Assembly (NCBI GenBank): GCA_033178465.1
Contig: GCA_033178465.1_4726.2
DNA: 41,138 bases
Strand: one strand, 5' to 3'
From: a phage
Made by a program: the position numbers and the translations under genes. The notes beneath the pieces are model-generated. The model saw only the letters and a list, made by a program, of their open reading frames with translations. It searched no databases and was not told the origin of the DNA. This document shows positions 9,827-19,945 of this stretch, piece by piece. Position 1 is the stretch's first letter. Each line of letters begins with the position of its first letter.

Positions 9827-10312
9827 TTACCCGGCTTTCTGTCGTAGAGCGTACGGATCCATAGCGTCTGATATATCCGAAACAACCGTGAGAATGAAGC
9901 CCTTTATCTGTCTCACTTCGGTCACACGCAATCCTTTATCGTTACGGTATACGTTTTCTTCACCAACCAACTTTGGTCGGATAACATAAACGCCATCAAC
10001 AAACGGGAATGTCGAATACGGATAAACACCAATAGAAATGATGTTTGGATAATCGCCTCGAAGGTCACGTCCGAACTTATCGACTCGACCATAAATTGCC
10101 CCATCCACACCTTCCACTTCAATGAGATCATTTCTAATATCCTGAAATAGCTGCTCTAACGTGTCGGCGGGATACGCGTATGCGACGCCTAACGCTGGAT
10201 CCTCAATGGTTTTGACATTGAATCCGTTAAGCCAAACAATCCGTTCATTCGCCCATGTTTCTTCATATACCGTTAACCCATCGCCGTATATGTTGGCGTG
10301 TGCTATCTCCAT
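9827..10312 (-). CDS. hypothetical protein
   Basis: 161-aa ORF with GAGGAAA upstream of the ATG. Confidence 0.55.
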   Translation of the reverse strand: MEIAHANIYGDGLTVYEETWANERIVWLNGFNVKTIEDPALGVAYAYPADTLEQLFQDIRNDLIEVEGVDGAIYGRVDKFGRDLRGDYPNIISIGVYPYSTFPFVDGVYVIRPKLVGEENVYRNDKGLRVTEVRQIKGFILTVVSDISDAMDPYALRQKAG

Positions 10313-10426
10313 AATCTCATTTCCTCTTCTACGTAGAAATAGATGACATGTTGGATATACGTTGCCTTTGCATATATTGCTTTATTTCCGTCAGAAATAA
10401 CGGAAAATAAAAACAACGACATAGTT

Positions 10427-10456
10427 CCCTCCCACCTCCACATGGGAGAGGGAGGG
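10427..10456 (-). terminator. terminator hairpin (CCCTCCC ... GGGAGGG family)
   Basis: Inverted repeat just downstream of the 10470..10832 stop; a T-rich tract follows on the minus strand. Confidence 0.5.
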
Positions 10457-10469
10457 CTATTCGTGTTTA

Positions 10470-10832
10470 TTACTCTATGCTGTCTTCTTCAACACAATCC
10501 TCTTCGGAACCGTCGAACGTTTTCTGCACTGCGGTGGTATCCCAGTTGGCAGCGTAATCAGCCATCGCTTCGCGCAGCGCTTCTTCACCAGCATCACCAG
10601 CCAGGTCAAGCACAACCAAACCCTGTGCGACGTTTTGAGCAACGGTATCGATAACGGTCGCATCTTCTTCAAAACTACGTACCGGTTCAATGGTGCCTAC
10701 ATCAACAGCATAGTTCGTGGTCGCTGTAAGCACGGCGACTTGTAGCGCATTGCTATCTTCATCATGCAGTGCTGCTTCAATACCGATCGGACGAGCCAGT
10801 TCTTGCAGTGTTAATTTGCGAATTAAGTTCAT
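10470..10832 (-). CDS. hypothetical acidic protein
   Basis: 120-aa ORF with GAGGAAAAC Shine-Dalgarno upstream. The overlapping plus-strand ORF 10343..10654 is judged spurious. Confidence 0.55.
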   Translation of the reverse strand: MNLIRKLTLQELARPIGIEAALHDEDSNALQVAVLTATTNYAVDVGTIEPVRSFEEDATVIDTVAQNVAQGLVVLDLAGDAGEEALREAMADYAANWDTTAVQKTFDGSEEDCVEEDSIE

Positions 10833-10864
10833 TATGTTTTCCTCAGGTGAATGTTAGCAATCGT

Positions 10865-11284
10865 TTAAAACTTTAAAACTTTTTCGATACGATGGTTGAC
10901 GAGTTCATTGAACGACTCTTCAGCTTGTTCGATGATTTCATCAACGTCGATATCTAATTGTTGGGGTTGGATAACATGCTCTTTCATGGTTTCCAGCCAG
11001 TATTCGGCTTTAATCATGACGTTAGCAACGTGTTCGACCTGGCTGCGTATGTCGACGATCTGGCAGTCAGGATTGTTAATATCGATGATGTGTCCGTGGT
11101 GGTTGATAAAACCTAGCTTATTTGATGCCCTTACCGCATCGCGGGTAAGTTCTTGCAAGATTAAATTATTAACGTAGTTCACTGCTACGGAACGATTTTC
11201 GTTGTCACTCATACCAGGGATCCTCTTTAAGTCGTCACATTCTAGTGTTAAGCAGTTAAAATAAACCGTTCCTTTTATCAGCAT
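10865..11284 (-). CDS. hypothetical protein
   Basis: ORF 10865..11290; the second ATG (11284) has better spacing from the GGAGGAGG Shine-Dalgarno, which is itself the 3' arm of the upstream terminator hairpin. Confidence 0.5.
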   Translation of the reverse strand: MLIKGTVYFNCLTLECDDLKRIPGMSDNENRSVAVNYVNNLILQELTRDAVRASNKLGFINHHGHIIDINNPDCQIVDIRSQVEHVANVMIKAEYWLETMKEHVIQPQQLDIDVDEIIEQAEESFNELVNHRIEKVLKF

Positions 11285-11290
11285 AAACAT

Positions 11291-11319
11291 CCTCCTCCCA
11301 CCACATGGGCAGGAGGAGG
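11291..11319 (-). terminator. terminator hairpin (CCTCCTCC ... GGAGGAGG) whose downstream arm doubles as the ribosome-binding site of the next gene
   Basis: Inverted repeat immediately after the 11331..11741 stop and immediately before the 10865..11284 start. Confidence 0.45.
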
Positions 11320-11330
11320 CGTAATATGCA

Positions 11331-11741
11331 TCAGAAAGGAGGACGATCTTTAAATTCTAGCAACGTGTCTTCGAAGCAAGCGATAAGTTCAGACTGCAAT
11401 TCGGTACGGCCTTGTTCACCGAAGAGTTCCAGCAACATTAATCCCCGAGCGGTCTTCGTAGCAACCTCTTCGCAGATGCGGAGATCGTGAACTTCATCAT
11501 CGTTGACATCTTTACGCAACTGTGCCGCAATGGGCTTAGGATTGCCGTTTTCATCGTGTTCGTCACGAAATGCATCATAAGCCGCATCGATGTTCGCGAT
11601 CCGTGTCAACCCTTCAGAATCCCGCCAGTCTCGATATAATCCAAGAAGACGATTATGATTCTTCGTTTTGACGTTCGGTGCTGGAAGGTTGCGCAACAGA
11701 TGTGGCGTAATCATTGCTATCACGCTATCCGAATGATCCAT
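11331..11741 (-). CDS. hypothetical protein
   Basis: 136-aa ORF with GAGGT Shine-Dalgarno. Confidence 0.55.
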   Translation of the reverse strand: MDHSDSVIAMITPHLLRNLPAPNVKTKNHNRLLGLYRDWRDSEGLTRIANIDAAYDAFRDEHDENGNPKPIAAQLRKDVNDDEVHDLRICEEVATKTARGLMLLELFGEQGRTELQSELIACFEDTLLEFKDRPPF

Positions 11742-11752
11742 CGTATACCTCG

Positions 11753-13921
11753 TTAGCTTTCGCAGTCATCTGCGTCGATGATTTGTCCGCCAGCAACGTT
11801 CAGCTGATGATACAGAATCCTCAACGCACGGTTGCCGCCAATGGGATACTTCTCGAAGTTGGTCGCAATAGGAATCGCTGACGGCTTATCGGTCGCATAA
11901 ATGCTTTCAGTGATGCTATCCACCTGTTTTGGATTGTTCGCATAATCCATAAAGACGCTTGCGAACCATCCGCCAGCAAAGGCGGTAACTTCGCGATGTT
12001 CAGATTCACCACAGTAACGAGTTGGTTGCTCTTTACCCGGAGAACTGTATTTATCGCTATTACTGAGTTTCGACGGTAATCCGTGCGCTTGCAGTTTAGG
12101 GATGCCCACAGCCGACCAATCGTTCGCCGTCTTCTCTAACATCATGATGTACGTGTCACCGATCGCAATATCGTTCTTGGTTGTCCGCCACTGTCCAGAA
12201 CGCCCACGGTACCGTACGGGACCTTTCTTCAACGGGAACTCACGAATCAGATTCTCCATACGTTCTGAACCTGCTGCGATACTGTCCGTCGGGATATAAA
12301 CTTCCGTACCGTGGCGTTGTACGTACCGTAAATGATCCCATTTATCCTCATCCGTGATACAGTATTTTTCAACAACCTGTTCCACGAACTCAGGACTGAC
12401 GATATAGTAGTAGCGCATCAGTGTGTTCCAAGCGGTCTCCAGATCGCCCGCATCCATCACTGGTTTCAGTTCACGCATGATCTGATCACCAACGCCGTTG
12501 ATGTACGGTGCGTTAACACGACTTAAACTCATCCTTTTGATTACCGTACTATCGTCGAACATGAAGTCCGCAACGTTACCCCATTGGTCGACCGGCATTT
12601 CATCGTCTTCCATGATGTCGGTTACGACGAATTTATCACCCGCCATACCAGTGAATTTAAACCCGATACCTGGAACAACGTCGTACGTGTACGTGATGGT
12701 CACACGCCAATCATCGAGATTCTCTTTTCGGTAATCGCGAGTCGGTAGCACATGACGTAGCTGTCCGTTAGGATTGCGGATATCAATACCGTGTTCAGCA
12801 TCAGCCAGGTTCAACCACCACATCACCGTTTGATGATGACGTATCGGCGTACCAACGCGTTCACGTTCGTACTTACGAACAGCATCCTGAATTCGGGTGT
12901 AAAGCAAACCGATTGCGTTCTCGTATTTCAGGAATTGACGATACGGAGGACGCATCTTCTCTTCCATCATAATCGCACGCTCGCGGGCTTGACGTCCAGA
13001 ACGACGATGTCGATCGCTGACAACATCGATATCCGTTACACGCGCATTCGGTTCAGCGTAAGTGAGGTCGTCGTAAACATAATCCACGCGCTGAAGGTTA
13101 CACGTCATCATGTCAACAACGCTGAGGATAGGATCGATTTCGCGTGTTGCTGCGAGTAACCCATCCTTACGAATACGCTCACCGTTCTCGGGTATTGCTT
13201 GATATACCTCATCATCACCGTAGAGATTGATTGGGTATCGTGATTTACCTGATGTGATCGTTCGCTTCTCAATGCCGGTACTGGTGAAATGCTTCAATAC
13301 ACCACGACGGGCAACACCACCATCCTCAATACACTGATAGAAGCTACCGAAACACACTTTGCAATCGCGACCGTAACCCCACTCGCGCGTTTCTTGATTG
13401 ATCGCTGGACTTTCCATCAAACGAGAATACCGCGGTACGATCTGGCCTCGACGAAGGGAATGGAACAAGTTGGTTGGTCGAAAACGGAAACCGTACTGCT
13501 GATGCATGATGTGATGCTCGGGCACTTCAAGCAAGCGTAGCTCGTGACGGTTACCATCCTCTTGGTTTTCATACAGCACGTAATGCATCGTGTTTGTTTT
13601 GATGCTGTTTGCTGTATGCCCCGGTTGGAAACGTGGGATGATATCTATGATGCGAGATTCAACTGGAAACTCTACTGACCAAGTGTTCTGTCCGTACTGG
13701 TATTCAATCCCCGTCGTTAATCGGGACGGCTTCGCATCTTTGATAACCAACGCTTGGCTAAGATGTCCACCAAACATCGCAGCGCGCTGTGCTGAGTTAT
13801 AATGCAGTAGCCCGTTAAGTCCAGTCCCTACGCCAGTATACTCCTGTTTAATGGGAATGATTTTACCTTCAGCGATTGCCTGCTTCACAGATTCATAAAG
13901 AGGTTTTTCTTTATAATGCAT
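11753..13921 (-). CDS. multisubunit RNA polymerase beta subunit, C-terminal fragment
   Basis: [49 protein letters not shown] parallels E. coli beta [62 protein letters not shown] parallels [37 protein letters not shown] parallels RQAVPTLRADKPLVGTGME. Start taken at the ATG at 13921 (GGAAG Shine-Dalgarno) rather than the ORF-track start at 14086. Confidence 0.55.
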   Translation of the reverse strand: [722 protein letters not shown]

Positions 13922-13952
13922 AGGACTTCCTATTATCGAATTGAGGTACGTC

Positions 13953-14306
13953 ATGTCTAACACGCCCCTGAACGACTTTCTTAAGACAAACCCCGATGAC
14001 CTCATCCACGATCTTGATTTCAGGAACGTTGTTGAGATGCATCTGGAATATTTCAAAAATGCCGGACTGGTCTCTACGATAGACATACCACCCGAACGCG
14101 CCTACGAATTCGATGGTAACTTTTATGGATTGTGTCGTGTTCTGCTCGGTGAGGGCAGTGAACCAATGCACTGGATAACCATGAGACTCAATGGTTATCG
14201 CGACCCTACGGAATACACCGCCGATGTTCTAACCATGAAGATTGTCGATACAAGCGCAATCAACACATTAAAACAACAGTACCGCACAATCCACTACAGC
14301 GCTTAA
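13953..14306 (+). CDS. hypothetical protein (plus-strand gene embedded between minus-strand genes)
   Basis: ORF track begins at a TTG (13941); I take the ATG at 13953, which has GAGGT upstream. Ends at a terminator hairpin. Confidence 0.4.
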   Translation: MSNTPLNDFLKTNPDDLIHDLDFRNVVEMHLEYFKNAGLVSTIDIPPERAYEFDGNFYGLCRVLLGEGSEPMHWITMRLNGYRDPTEYTADVLTMKIVDTSAINTLKQQYRTIHYSA

Positions 14307-14311
14307 GATAA

Positions 14312-14340
14312 CCCTCCCACAGCGTAAAGCGTAGGGAGGG
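14312..14340. terminator. bidirectional terminator hairpin (CCCTCCC ... GGGAGGG)
   Basis: Inverted repeat between the convergent genes 13953..14306(+) and 14372..15652(-). Confidence 0.5.
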
Positions 14341-14371
14341 CATTTATGCCGTCGTTCGTTGGCTTAGCACA

Positions 14372-15652
14372 TCAGAAACGATTTACGGTACGTCCTGTCC
14401 ATGCGCTCAGGATGTTGTTACGTTCCATCTCAGCCCGACGACGTAAACCGTTTGGCGACTGCGGTGCTTGCGGCATCCCCCACCCAGCAGGCTGCATACC
14501 CATACCAGGCCAAGCGGAATTATTGAACATCGTACCGTTACGTTCCGCAACACGGTTCATCAGCGCATCAAACGTGCTATTACCTGCCGGTTGGTTACCG
14601 CCACTTTCCCACTGATTAGGTTGGACAGGTGCGGTTTTACCTAACAGGTTATCGATCACACTGCCTGTTGAAGCAGGACGCGGTTGTATACCTTCATGTG
14701 CAGCTGCTGATGGATTTGGCTTAACCGTCGGCTGTGGACGACTGTTCAGCGTTACACCCATGTTGTATTTCGCTGGCGGAATCTGACCACGATGTTGATT
14801 GATCGGTTCAAAATCCTCAACCCAGGTAACATCACAGTAACCGTTCTCTTTACCGTCGTACTTATCACCAAACAGTTTGATGAGATTGTTCAGCGGTTCC
14901 ATCAGCTTAGCGAAGCTGTGGATAAGACAATCGAAATACGGAGCATGAGGATCGCTTGACCCGGCGTTGTACGTTTCGCTTACTTCACCCGCGTGCGGGA
15001 TAACGTACTCGACCAGGTTTCTCAGCATGTTAAGATCTTTCTTGGAAATCTCAACACCACACCAATACGTTTTCTTATCTTTCGTGCTGATATGTTCTTC
15101 TTCCATGAACGGGAAAGTAACTACTGCAACACGGGTCATCTTCTTACCCATGTAGGTTGCGCCGGTACGACGAAGATAAATTTTGGACAGCGTATACGGC
15201 GTATCACGTTTCAGCCAAACGGTGACCAGTTTACCCAGGGTCGTTAGTGTTTTATCGCTGGCGTCCGCAAGGATGTTGAAGAACTCTTTTTGCTTCGGTC
15301 CGAAACGTTTTGCTTCTTTAGGATTGATTGCGGTTTCAACCATCCAAATCAGCATGGAGCATAGCGTGGCGTTAAAACGAACAACCATCGCACGACGCAG
15401 GAACTGAAGTACTTCCGATTCGCCGTTCATCACGTCTTCACTTAGCGGATGGAACAGCACACGTTCAGCCAGCTGATTTCCGGTACGGACTTCGGAAACC
15501 GGCATCAGCAACGGCATGCTTTCCACGGTAGCGGCAACTGCAACAACTTTACCATCCCCATCCGTAAAACGATATTCTAATTCGTGGGCGTCATTCTCAA
15601 AATAGTTAACGCTCTGTAGTGCTTTGCGATAAGCTTCGATAAGCTTCGACAT
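14372..15652 (-). CDS. hypothetical protein with a low-complexity Q/P/G/N-rich C-terminal region
   Basis: 426-aa ORF with AAAGGAAA Shine-Dalgarno; the last ~110 residues are compositionally biased. Confidence 0.6.
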   Translation of the reverse strand: MSKLIEAYRKALQSVNYFENDAHELEYRFTDGDGKVVAVAATVESMPLLMPVSEVRTGNQLAERVLFHPLSEDVMNGESEVLQFLRRAMVVRFNATLCSMLIWMVETAINPKEAKRFGPKQKEFFNILADASDKTLTTLGKLVTVWLKRDTPYTLSKIYLRRTGATYMGKKMTRVAVVTFPFMEEEHISTKDKKTYWCGVEISKKDLNMLRNLVEYVIPHAGEVSETYNAGSSDPHAPYFDCLIHSFAKLMEPLNNLIKLFGDKYDGKENGYCDVTWVEDFEPINQHRGQIPPAKYNMGVTLNSRPQPTVKPNPSAAAHEGIQPRPASTGSVIDNLLGKTAPVQPNQWESGGNQPAGNSTFDALMNRVAERNGTMFNNSAWPGMGMQPAGWGMPQAPQSPNGLRRRAEMERNNILSAWTGRTVNRF

Positions 15653-15679
15653 ATTGTATTTCCTTTTCTTTACGTCAAC

Positions 15680-15701
15680 GGTCCCCCTACAACAGGGGAC
15701 C
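15680..15701 (-). other. intergenic hairpin GGTCCCC-loop-GGGGACC
   Basis: 7-bp inverted repeat between 15708..17294 and 14372..15652; no clear U-tract, so terminator function is uncertain. Confidence 0.3.
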
Positions 15702-15707
15702 TATGGA

Positions 15708-17294
15708 TTAGAAGTTGCCTTTGGTAGTTACCGCATCCACCAGGTTAAACAAATCAACACTCAGCTTATACACCTCCTGCTGGCTACGGTTGAGCAGCGG
15801 GCTGTATGCGGATGGGTTGATGTTCGGCATGGTGTACGGAATCGGTGCAGAGCCGTCAACGCTGATCTTGAACTGGCTGTCCAGGAACAGGTTAATCGCA
15901 CCGCTCACCATAACCGCATTCGGGTTGTTACCCAACATGGAGGGTAGGATATTGGTAATCATGTCAGAACGCATTTGTTCAGCAGCACGGTTACAATCGT
16001 ATCCTTTAATGAACGGTACAGCGTCGGTAACCGCAACCGCCCACTGACCAGGCATGATACCGAGTTCTGGGTGACCATGGTTGTCAGCAATGAAACGGAA
16101 CGACTCCAACATGCGATACGTCATCGCAGCAGGCATCATTGCAGCAAGCGATGAGCAATACAGTGTTGGATAATCGATCACGTCCCAGCTCTGGCTGTCG
16201 GTCGGCATCCAACCAAACTCGGTGGTTGCTGATGTACCGCGACGGGCTTCCACATACGGGAATAACGTTAAGACGTCACGGATATGTTCACCGAACATCC
16301 GTTTCATGTCCGCCCAACTCAGGCTACCGCTGAAAGCGAACCCTTCATCACGCATAATCGCACCGAATACCGGATGCGCAACCAGCGGTTCTTCACGAAC
16401 AGCTTGAGCGGCTTCTACGTAAATATCCTCGTTCTCTGCGCTACCTGGATGAGACCCGCTTTCGTACGTCTGACGAATAGCCCCGACGTTATCGAAGGCT
16501 TTTCTTAGATAGATGGTTGGGATGTTCGTATCAGCACTAGCCGGTTTGATTTTCTCCGTTGCGAAACACATTGCTGCTTCCACACCACGGAAAACCGGTT
16601 CCGGTTGCGGTGGGTAGGATGTACGATGAACCACGTCAGCGTAGGCGGGATCGAACTGCTGCATTACGTTCTGCATGGCTGGGTCCATGAACTGGTTATC
16701 AAAACCACCATTACCTACCCAACGTGCTGTTGATGCATAGGTCAGCGTATCCTGAACACGCGTACTGAACTGAACATCACGATTAACAGGGTCGTATGCG
16801 CCGGTCAACAGGTTCGTTGCGTCCATCGGGGTTGCACGAACGATTTGCTTACCGAACATATCTGTCGTGGTTGTTTCGGTTACCTGGATTACGTTCGTGA
16901 AGAAGAACACCAGTTCGTTCGGCAGATCGATAGCACGCGTTGTAAACGCATCGAGGCTTACAGAATGGTCGGTGTATCCAGAAATGTAATGGACACGCTT
17001 GGTTCCTGGTGCAAGGGCCAAGGATTCTTCTACAGCCATCATGAAATGGAAACGACGTGTGCCCCAACCATTCGCAATCTCCGAAACCCCCTCAGGTTCT
17101 GCAGACTGTTGTAACAAACCGGTTGCAAGCTTGTTGATTGCTGATGGGGTTGTTGCCGTACCGAACTTCGTCGTGTTAATAAAGTCTTCGATGCTACGCA
17201 TGCTATCTGCATGGAATCGTAGTGGACGACGTTGTACATTGTTGTACGGTGCGGTTTCAACCATCAGTATTTCACGAACATTCATCGGGATCAT
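15708..17294 (-). CDS. hypothetical protein
   Basis: 528-aa ORF with AAGAGGAAA Shine-Dalgarno; its start lies 1 nt from the stop of the upstream gene. Confidence 0.6.
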   Translation of the reverse strand: MIPMNVREILMVETAPYNNVQRRPLRFHADSMRSIEDFINTTKFGTATTPSAINKLATGLLQQSAEPEGVSEIANGWGTRRFHFMMAVEESLALAPGTKRVHYISGYTDHSVSLDAFTTRAIDLPNELVFFFTNVIQVTETTTTDMFGKQIVRATPMDATNLLTGAYDPVNRDVQFSTRVQDTLTYASTARWVGNGGFDNQFMDPAMQNVMQQFDPAYADVVHRTSYPPQPEPVFRGVEAAMCFATEKIKPASADTNIPTIYLRKAFDNVGAIRQTYESGSHPGSAENEDIYVEAAQAVREEPLVAHPVFGAIMRDEGFAFSGSLSWADMKRMFGEHIRDVLTLFPYVEARRGTSATTEFGWMPTDSQSWDVIDYPTLYCSSLAAMMPAAMTYRMLESFRFIADNHGHPELGIMPGQWAVAVTDAVPFIKGYDCNRAAEQMRSDMITNILPSMLGNNPNAVMVSGAINLFLDSQFKISVDGSAPIPYTMPNINPSAYSPLLNRSQQEVYKLSVDLFNLVDAVTTKGNF

Positions 17295-17295
17295 T

Positions 17296-18882
17296 TTATT
17301 TTTTTCCTCTTAAATTTACTACGTGTTCATTTAATCGAACAACTAATTGCACAAGCTGCTGACGGATATCTGCTGGACAAAGCATCAATCCTTTACGATC
17401 AGCTGGGACTTTCTCAAGGATTTCCGGGCCTGCTGCTGAAACATCCCAGTCCCATTCACAAAACGCATCGGCCACCATGTTAATACCGACAACCGGTAAA
17501 GTTGTACGTTCATCTTCATACATGGCGTGTGGATACAATTTATTGACAGTAATGATCTCCTGTGGTTTTAATTGGTGGATAATCTGATAAACATCGTCGC
17601 GTTTAACCTGGATACCTACGGTCAGCGCTGCCAGTTGAGGAAAACCCCAATGGTCTAACAAACAAGCTGCGATCGCTAACGCTTTTGCCTGATGCACGGC
17701 TTCAATCGGTGCCAGACTTCTCGCCGGAAGATGGCTATCAAGCAACCATTGCGCCAGTGCTCGGCATCCGCGGTTGATTGGTTTTAACTCAACGGTGTCA
17801 TCGTGTTTAGCGTACGTGTATCCGTCGTAACGTTTTGCGATACGCGCATACATGTCTTCAACTTTACCGTAAGGTGCCGTTTCGTCGACGTCGTGCAACA
17901 CACGTTCCATCTGGGTAAGATACGCGATGTCAAGAATGAGTACACGCGGTGAACGTTTATCTTTCACCATCAACGCATCAATCACGCCTTGACTGTCTTC
18001 ATCTTGCGCGTTCCCTCGTGGGGTTTTCTCACGAATCGGTCCACTGAAACGTCGTTCCGTACAAAGGTTATTCACATAGCTAAAGATCAGTGTTACCAGA
18101 TGCGTACAACTCACCAACACCCCATCTTTAACGACAGGCTGTACGGCTTGGTCCAAGTCGCGTACGGCGAGACGGCGGACGATGGCTTGTGAACGCAACC
18201 AGCCGGGCACTTTCTCCGTCGACATGTAATCCACGGTCATCGACAGCGTGATCTTTTTATCACCCGTCTGTGCGCGGATATAGTCTTCCAGTCGGTCGTA
18301 AGCGGCGATATCGTGAATGCGTGTTTTATACATCAACGACATAGCCACTTCTTCTTTACGAACCGTTCCGTACGTTTTCCCTGCGTCAATCAGAAACTCT
18401 GCCCAAATCGGCACCATCAGACGGACGTAGATCGCTAACGCCGTTAACTCAACGTAATCATTTCGTAAATAGGTTTTCTCAGGAATATCATCCTCACCTA
18501 ATGTTGTTTTCATGTCCGGCGGTAATTTTACCCAACCTGGGGTATTACACAATGCCAGAATCTCTTCGTACACAACCGGTTTGTAAATTTCACCAACAGC
18601 GCGACTCAACTCCTCCATTTGTTGTTGTGGAGCAATGTAGTTATCCATCGCTTCACGTGCTTTAACGAACCCTTCGAAGATGTCGTCAATTCGACGTGGG
18701 TTCTTTTGTTCTATCCAGGCGAGATACTTGTTAATCTCCCGCATCTGATTGCTAGCCATATCCCCATCAATCTTGATGTAACCCTGACCTGAAAATTCCA
18801 CAGTACGTCCATCACGGTGTTTGATGAGATAGTGATCCAGCTTTTCTTTTCCTTGCGTCGTAATGACGGGCACTATGTGCAT
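17296..18882 (-). CDS. hypothetical protein
   Basis: ORF 17296..19017; I take the internal ATG at 18882 (MHIVPVITT...) because it has AAAGAGG 5 nt upstream. Weak resemblance of GYIKIDGD to the beta-subunit GxFIINGxER motif is noted but unproven. Confidence 0.55.
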   Translation of the reverse strand: MHIVPVITTQGKEKLDHYLIKHRDGRTVEFSGQGYIKIDGDMASNQMREINKYLAWIEQKNPRRIDDIFEGFVKAREAMDNYIAPQQQMEELSRAVGEIYKPVVYEEILALCNTPGWVKLPPDMKTTLGEDDIPEKTYLRNDYVELTALAIYVRLMVPIWAEFLIDAGKTYGTVRKEEVAMSLMYKTRIHDIAAYDRLEDYIRAQTGDKKITLSMTVDYMSTEKVPGWLRSQAIVRRLAVRDLDQAVQPVVKDGVLVSCTHLVTLIFSYVNNLCTERRFSGPIREKTPRGNAQDEDSQGVIDALMVKDKRSPRVLILDIAYLTQMERVLHDVDETAPYGKVEDMYARIAKRYDGYTYAKHDDTVELKPINRGCRALAQWLLDSHLPARSLAPIEAVHQAKALAIAACLLDHWGFPQLAALTVGIQVKRDDVYQIIHQLKPQEIITVNKLYPHAMYEDERTTLPVVGINMVADAFCEWDWDVSAAGPEILEKVPADRKGLMLCPADIRQQLVQLVVRLNEHVVNLRGKK

Positions 18883-19086
18883 AACAACCTCTTTTCGCGG
18901 TTCCCTGTTAAAACGTCTTCGGTGACGTCTACCACAAAGGTAATATAAGCGTGAATAATTTTGGATTCCGGCTGAGTTATCGCTCAGCATGCAAGGCATC
19001 CCGCCGAAGCGAGACACCTTGCACTAACGGAAAATATTCGCGTTACCTTCTGAATTAATGATTCAGAATGCGATGCTAAAGCGTTA

Positions 19087-19872
19087 TTAGAACGCTAAGC
19101 CATCAAAGGCTATAGACGGATCATCATCGTCATTTGCGCTTGGCGCATCCCAACGGGTATCAGGGGCCGCTGAAGCCGAACTTGATGCGTTAGAGTTACC
19201 GTTGTACTGGCCGTTACCAGCATTACGGTTACCGCCACCGTTGTTGTTACGGTTATAGTTATTGTTGCCATTACTTACGCTACGGCTTTCACCGTCGAAA
19301 TTGGTTGCGAGGATGCTCGGCAACACTGCGCGATGAATACGTACAAATTCCAACGCACAAAGCGGAGAAACAACCCCGATCTGTAAAGGTTGCCCAGACT
19401 CATCAACCAGAGCGTGGAAGCGCGGTGGCTTGAATACGAATTGGATGTTCGGTTTTTGGTACGCTGTTACAGCGATATATACCGAACCATCATCGTTCTT
19501 ACCAACCCATGTTGTACTTTCGGTAATCTGTTTCTTCTTACCTGGGTTATTGCGATCGTCGATAACCTTTTCGTTCTTCATCGCAAAACGTTGGCCTGGT
19601 TTACCCTTAGCAACCTGCTCGAGGATCGCAAGCAGGTTATAGAACGCGTATGAGCTCATGCGTGCCCAAATGCTTTCAGCGCGACCCTGCTGGTCTTTAC
19701 GACCGGTGTAAACCGTGATACGCGGTTGATTCTTAGCAACGCTAATTTTCAATGAGGGGATTGAATTACCGCCCTCAACCTTTTCGTCCGCCCACAGTTT
19801 CCAGTTGTTGTCGTCATACGCTGTAGGAATAATGTTTCCTTGTGGTTTACTGCCCGAATTCCAATTGCTCAT
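19087..19872 (-). CDS. putative ssDNA-binding (SSB-like) protein with N/G-rich disordered linker and acidic C-terminal tail
   Basis: 261 aa with an N-terminal folded-looking region, then an N/G-rich low-complexity segment (NGNNNYNRNNNGGGNRNAGNGQYNGNSN) and an acidic tail ending ...DDDDPSIAFDGLAF, reminiscent of SSB C-terminal tails. Functional call is weak. Confidence 0.35.
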   Translation of the reverse strand: MSNWNSGSKPQGNIIPTAYDDNNWKLWADEKVEGGNSIPSLKISVAKNQPRITVYTGRKDQQGRAESIWARMSSYAFYNLLAILEQVAKGKPGQRFAMKNEKVIDDRNNPGKKKQITESTTWVGKNDDGSVYIAVTAYQKPNIQFVFKPPRFHALVDESGQPLQIGVVSPLCALEFVRIHRAVLPSILATNFDGESRSVSNGNNNYNRNNNGGGNRNAGNGQYNGNSNASSSASAAPDTRWDAPSANDDDDPSIAFDGLAF

Positions 19873-19945
19873 TTTCAGCCTCGTTACGTAGTGTGAATCA
19901 ATTTCTGGTTCAGATGATAGTTAATATTAGTTAAAAATTACAGCC

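Noticed and set aside
10343-10654. 103-aa plus-strand ORF
   Set aside because: Overlaps the minus-strand gene 10470..10832, which has a proper Shine-Dalgarno and terminator; no independent support.
14086-14086. ORF-track start of the beta C-terminal gene at 14086
   Set aside because: An internal ATG at 13921 has a GGAAG Shine-Dalgarno and avoids a 145-bp overlap with the divergent plus-strand gene; the longer N-terminus is not conserved-looking.
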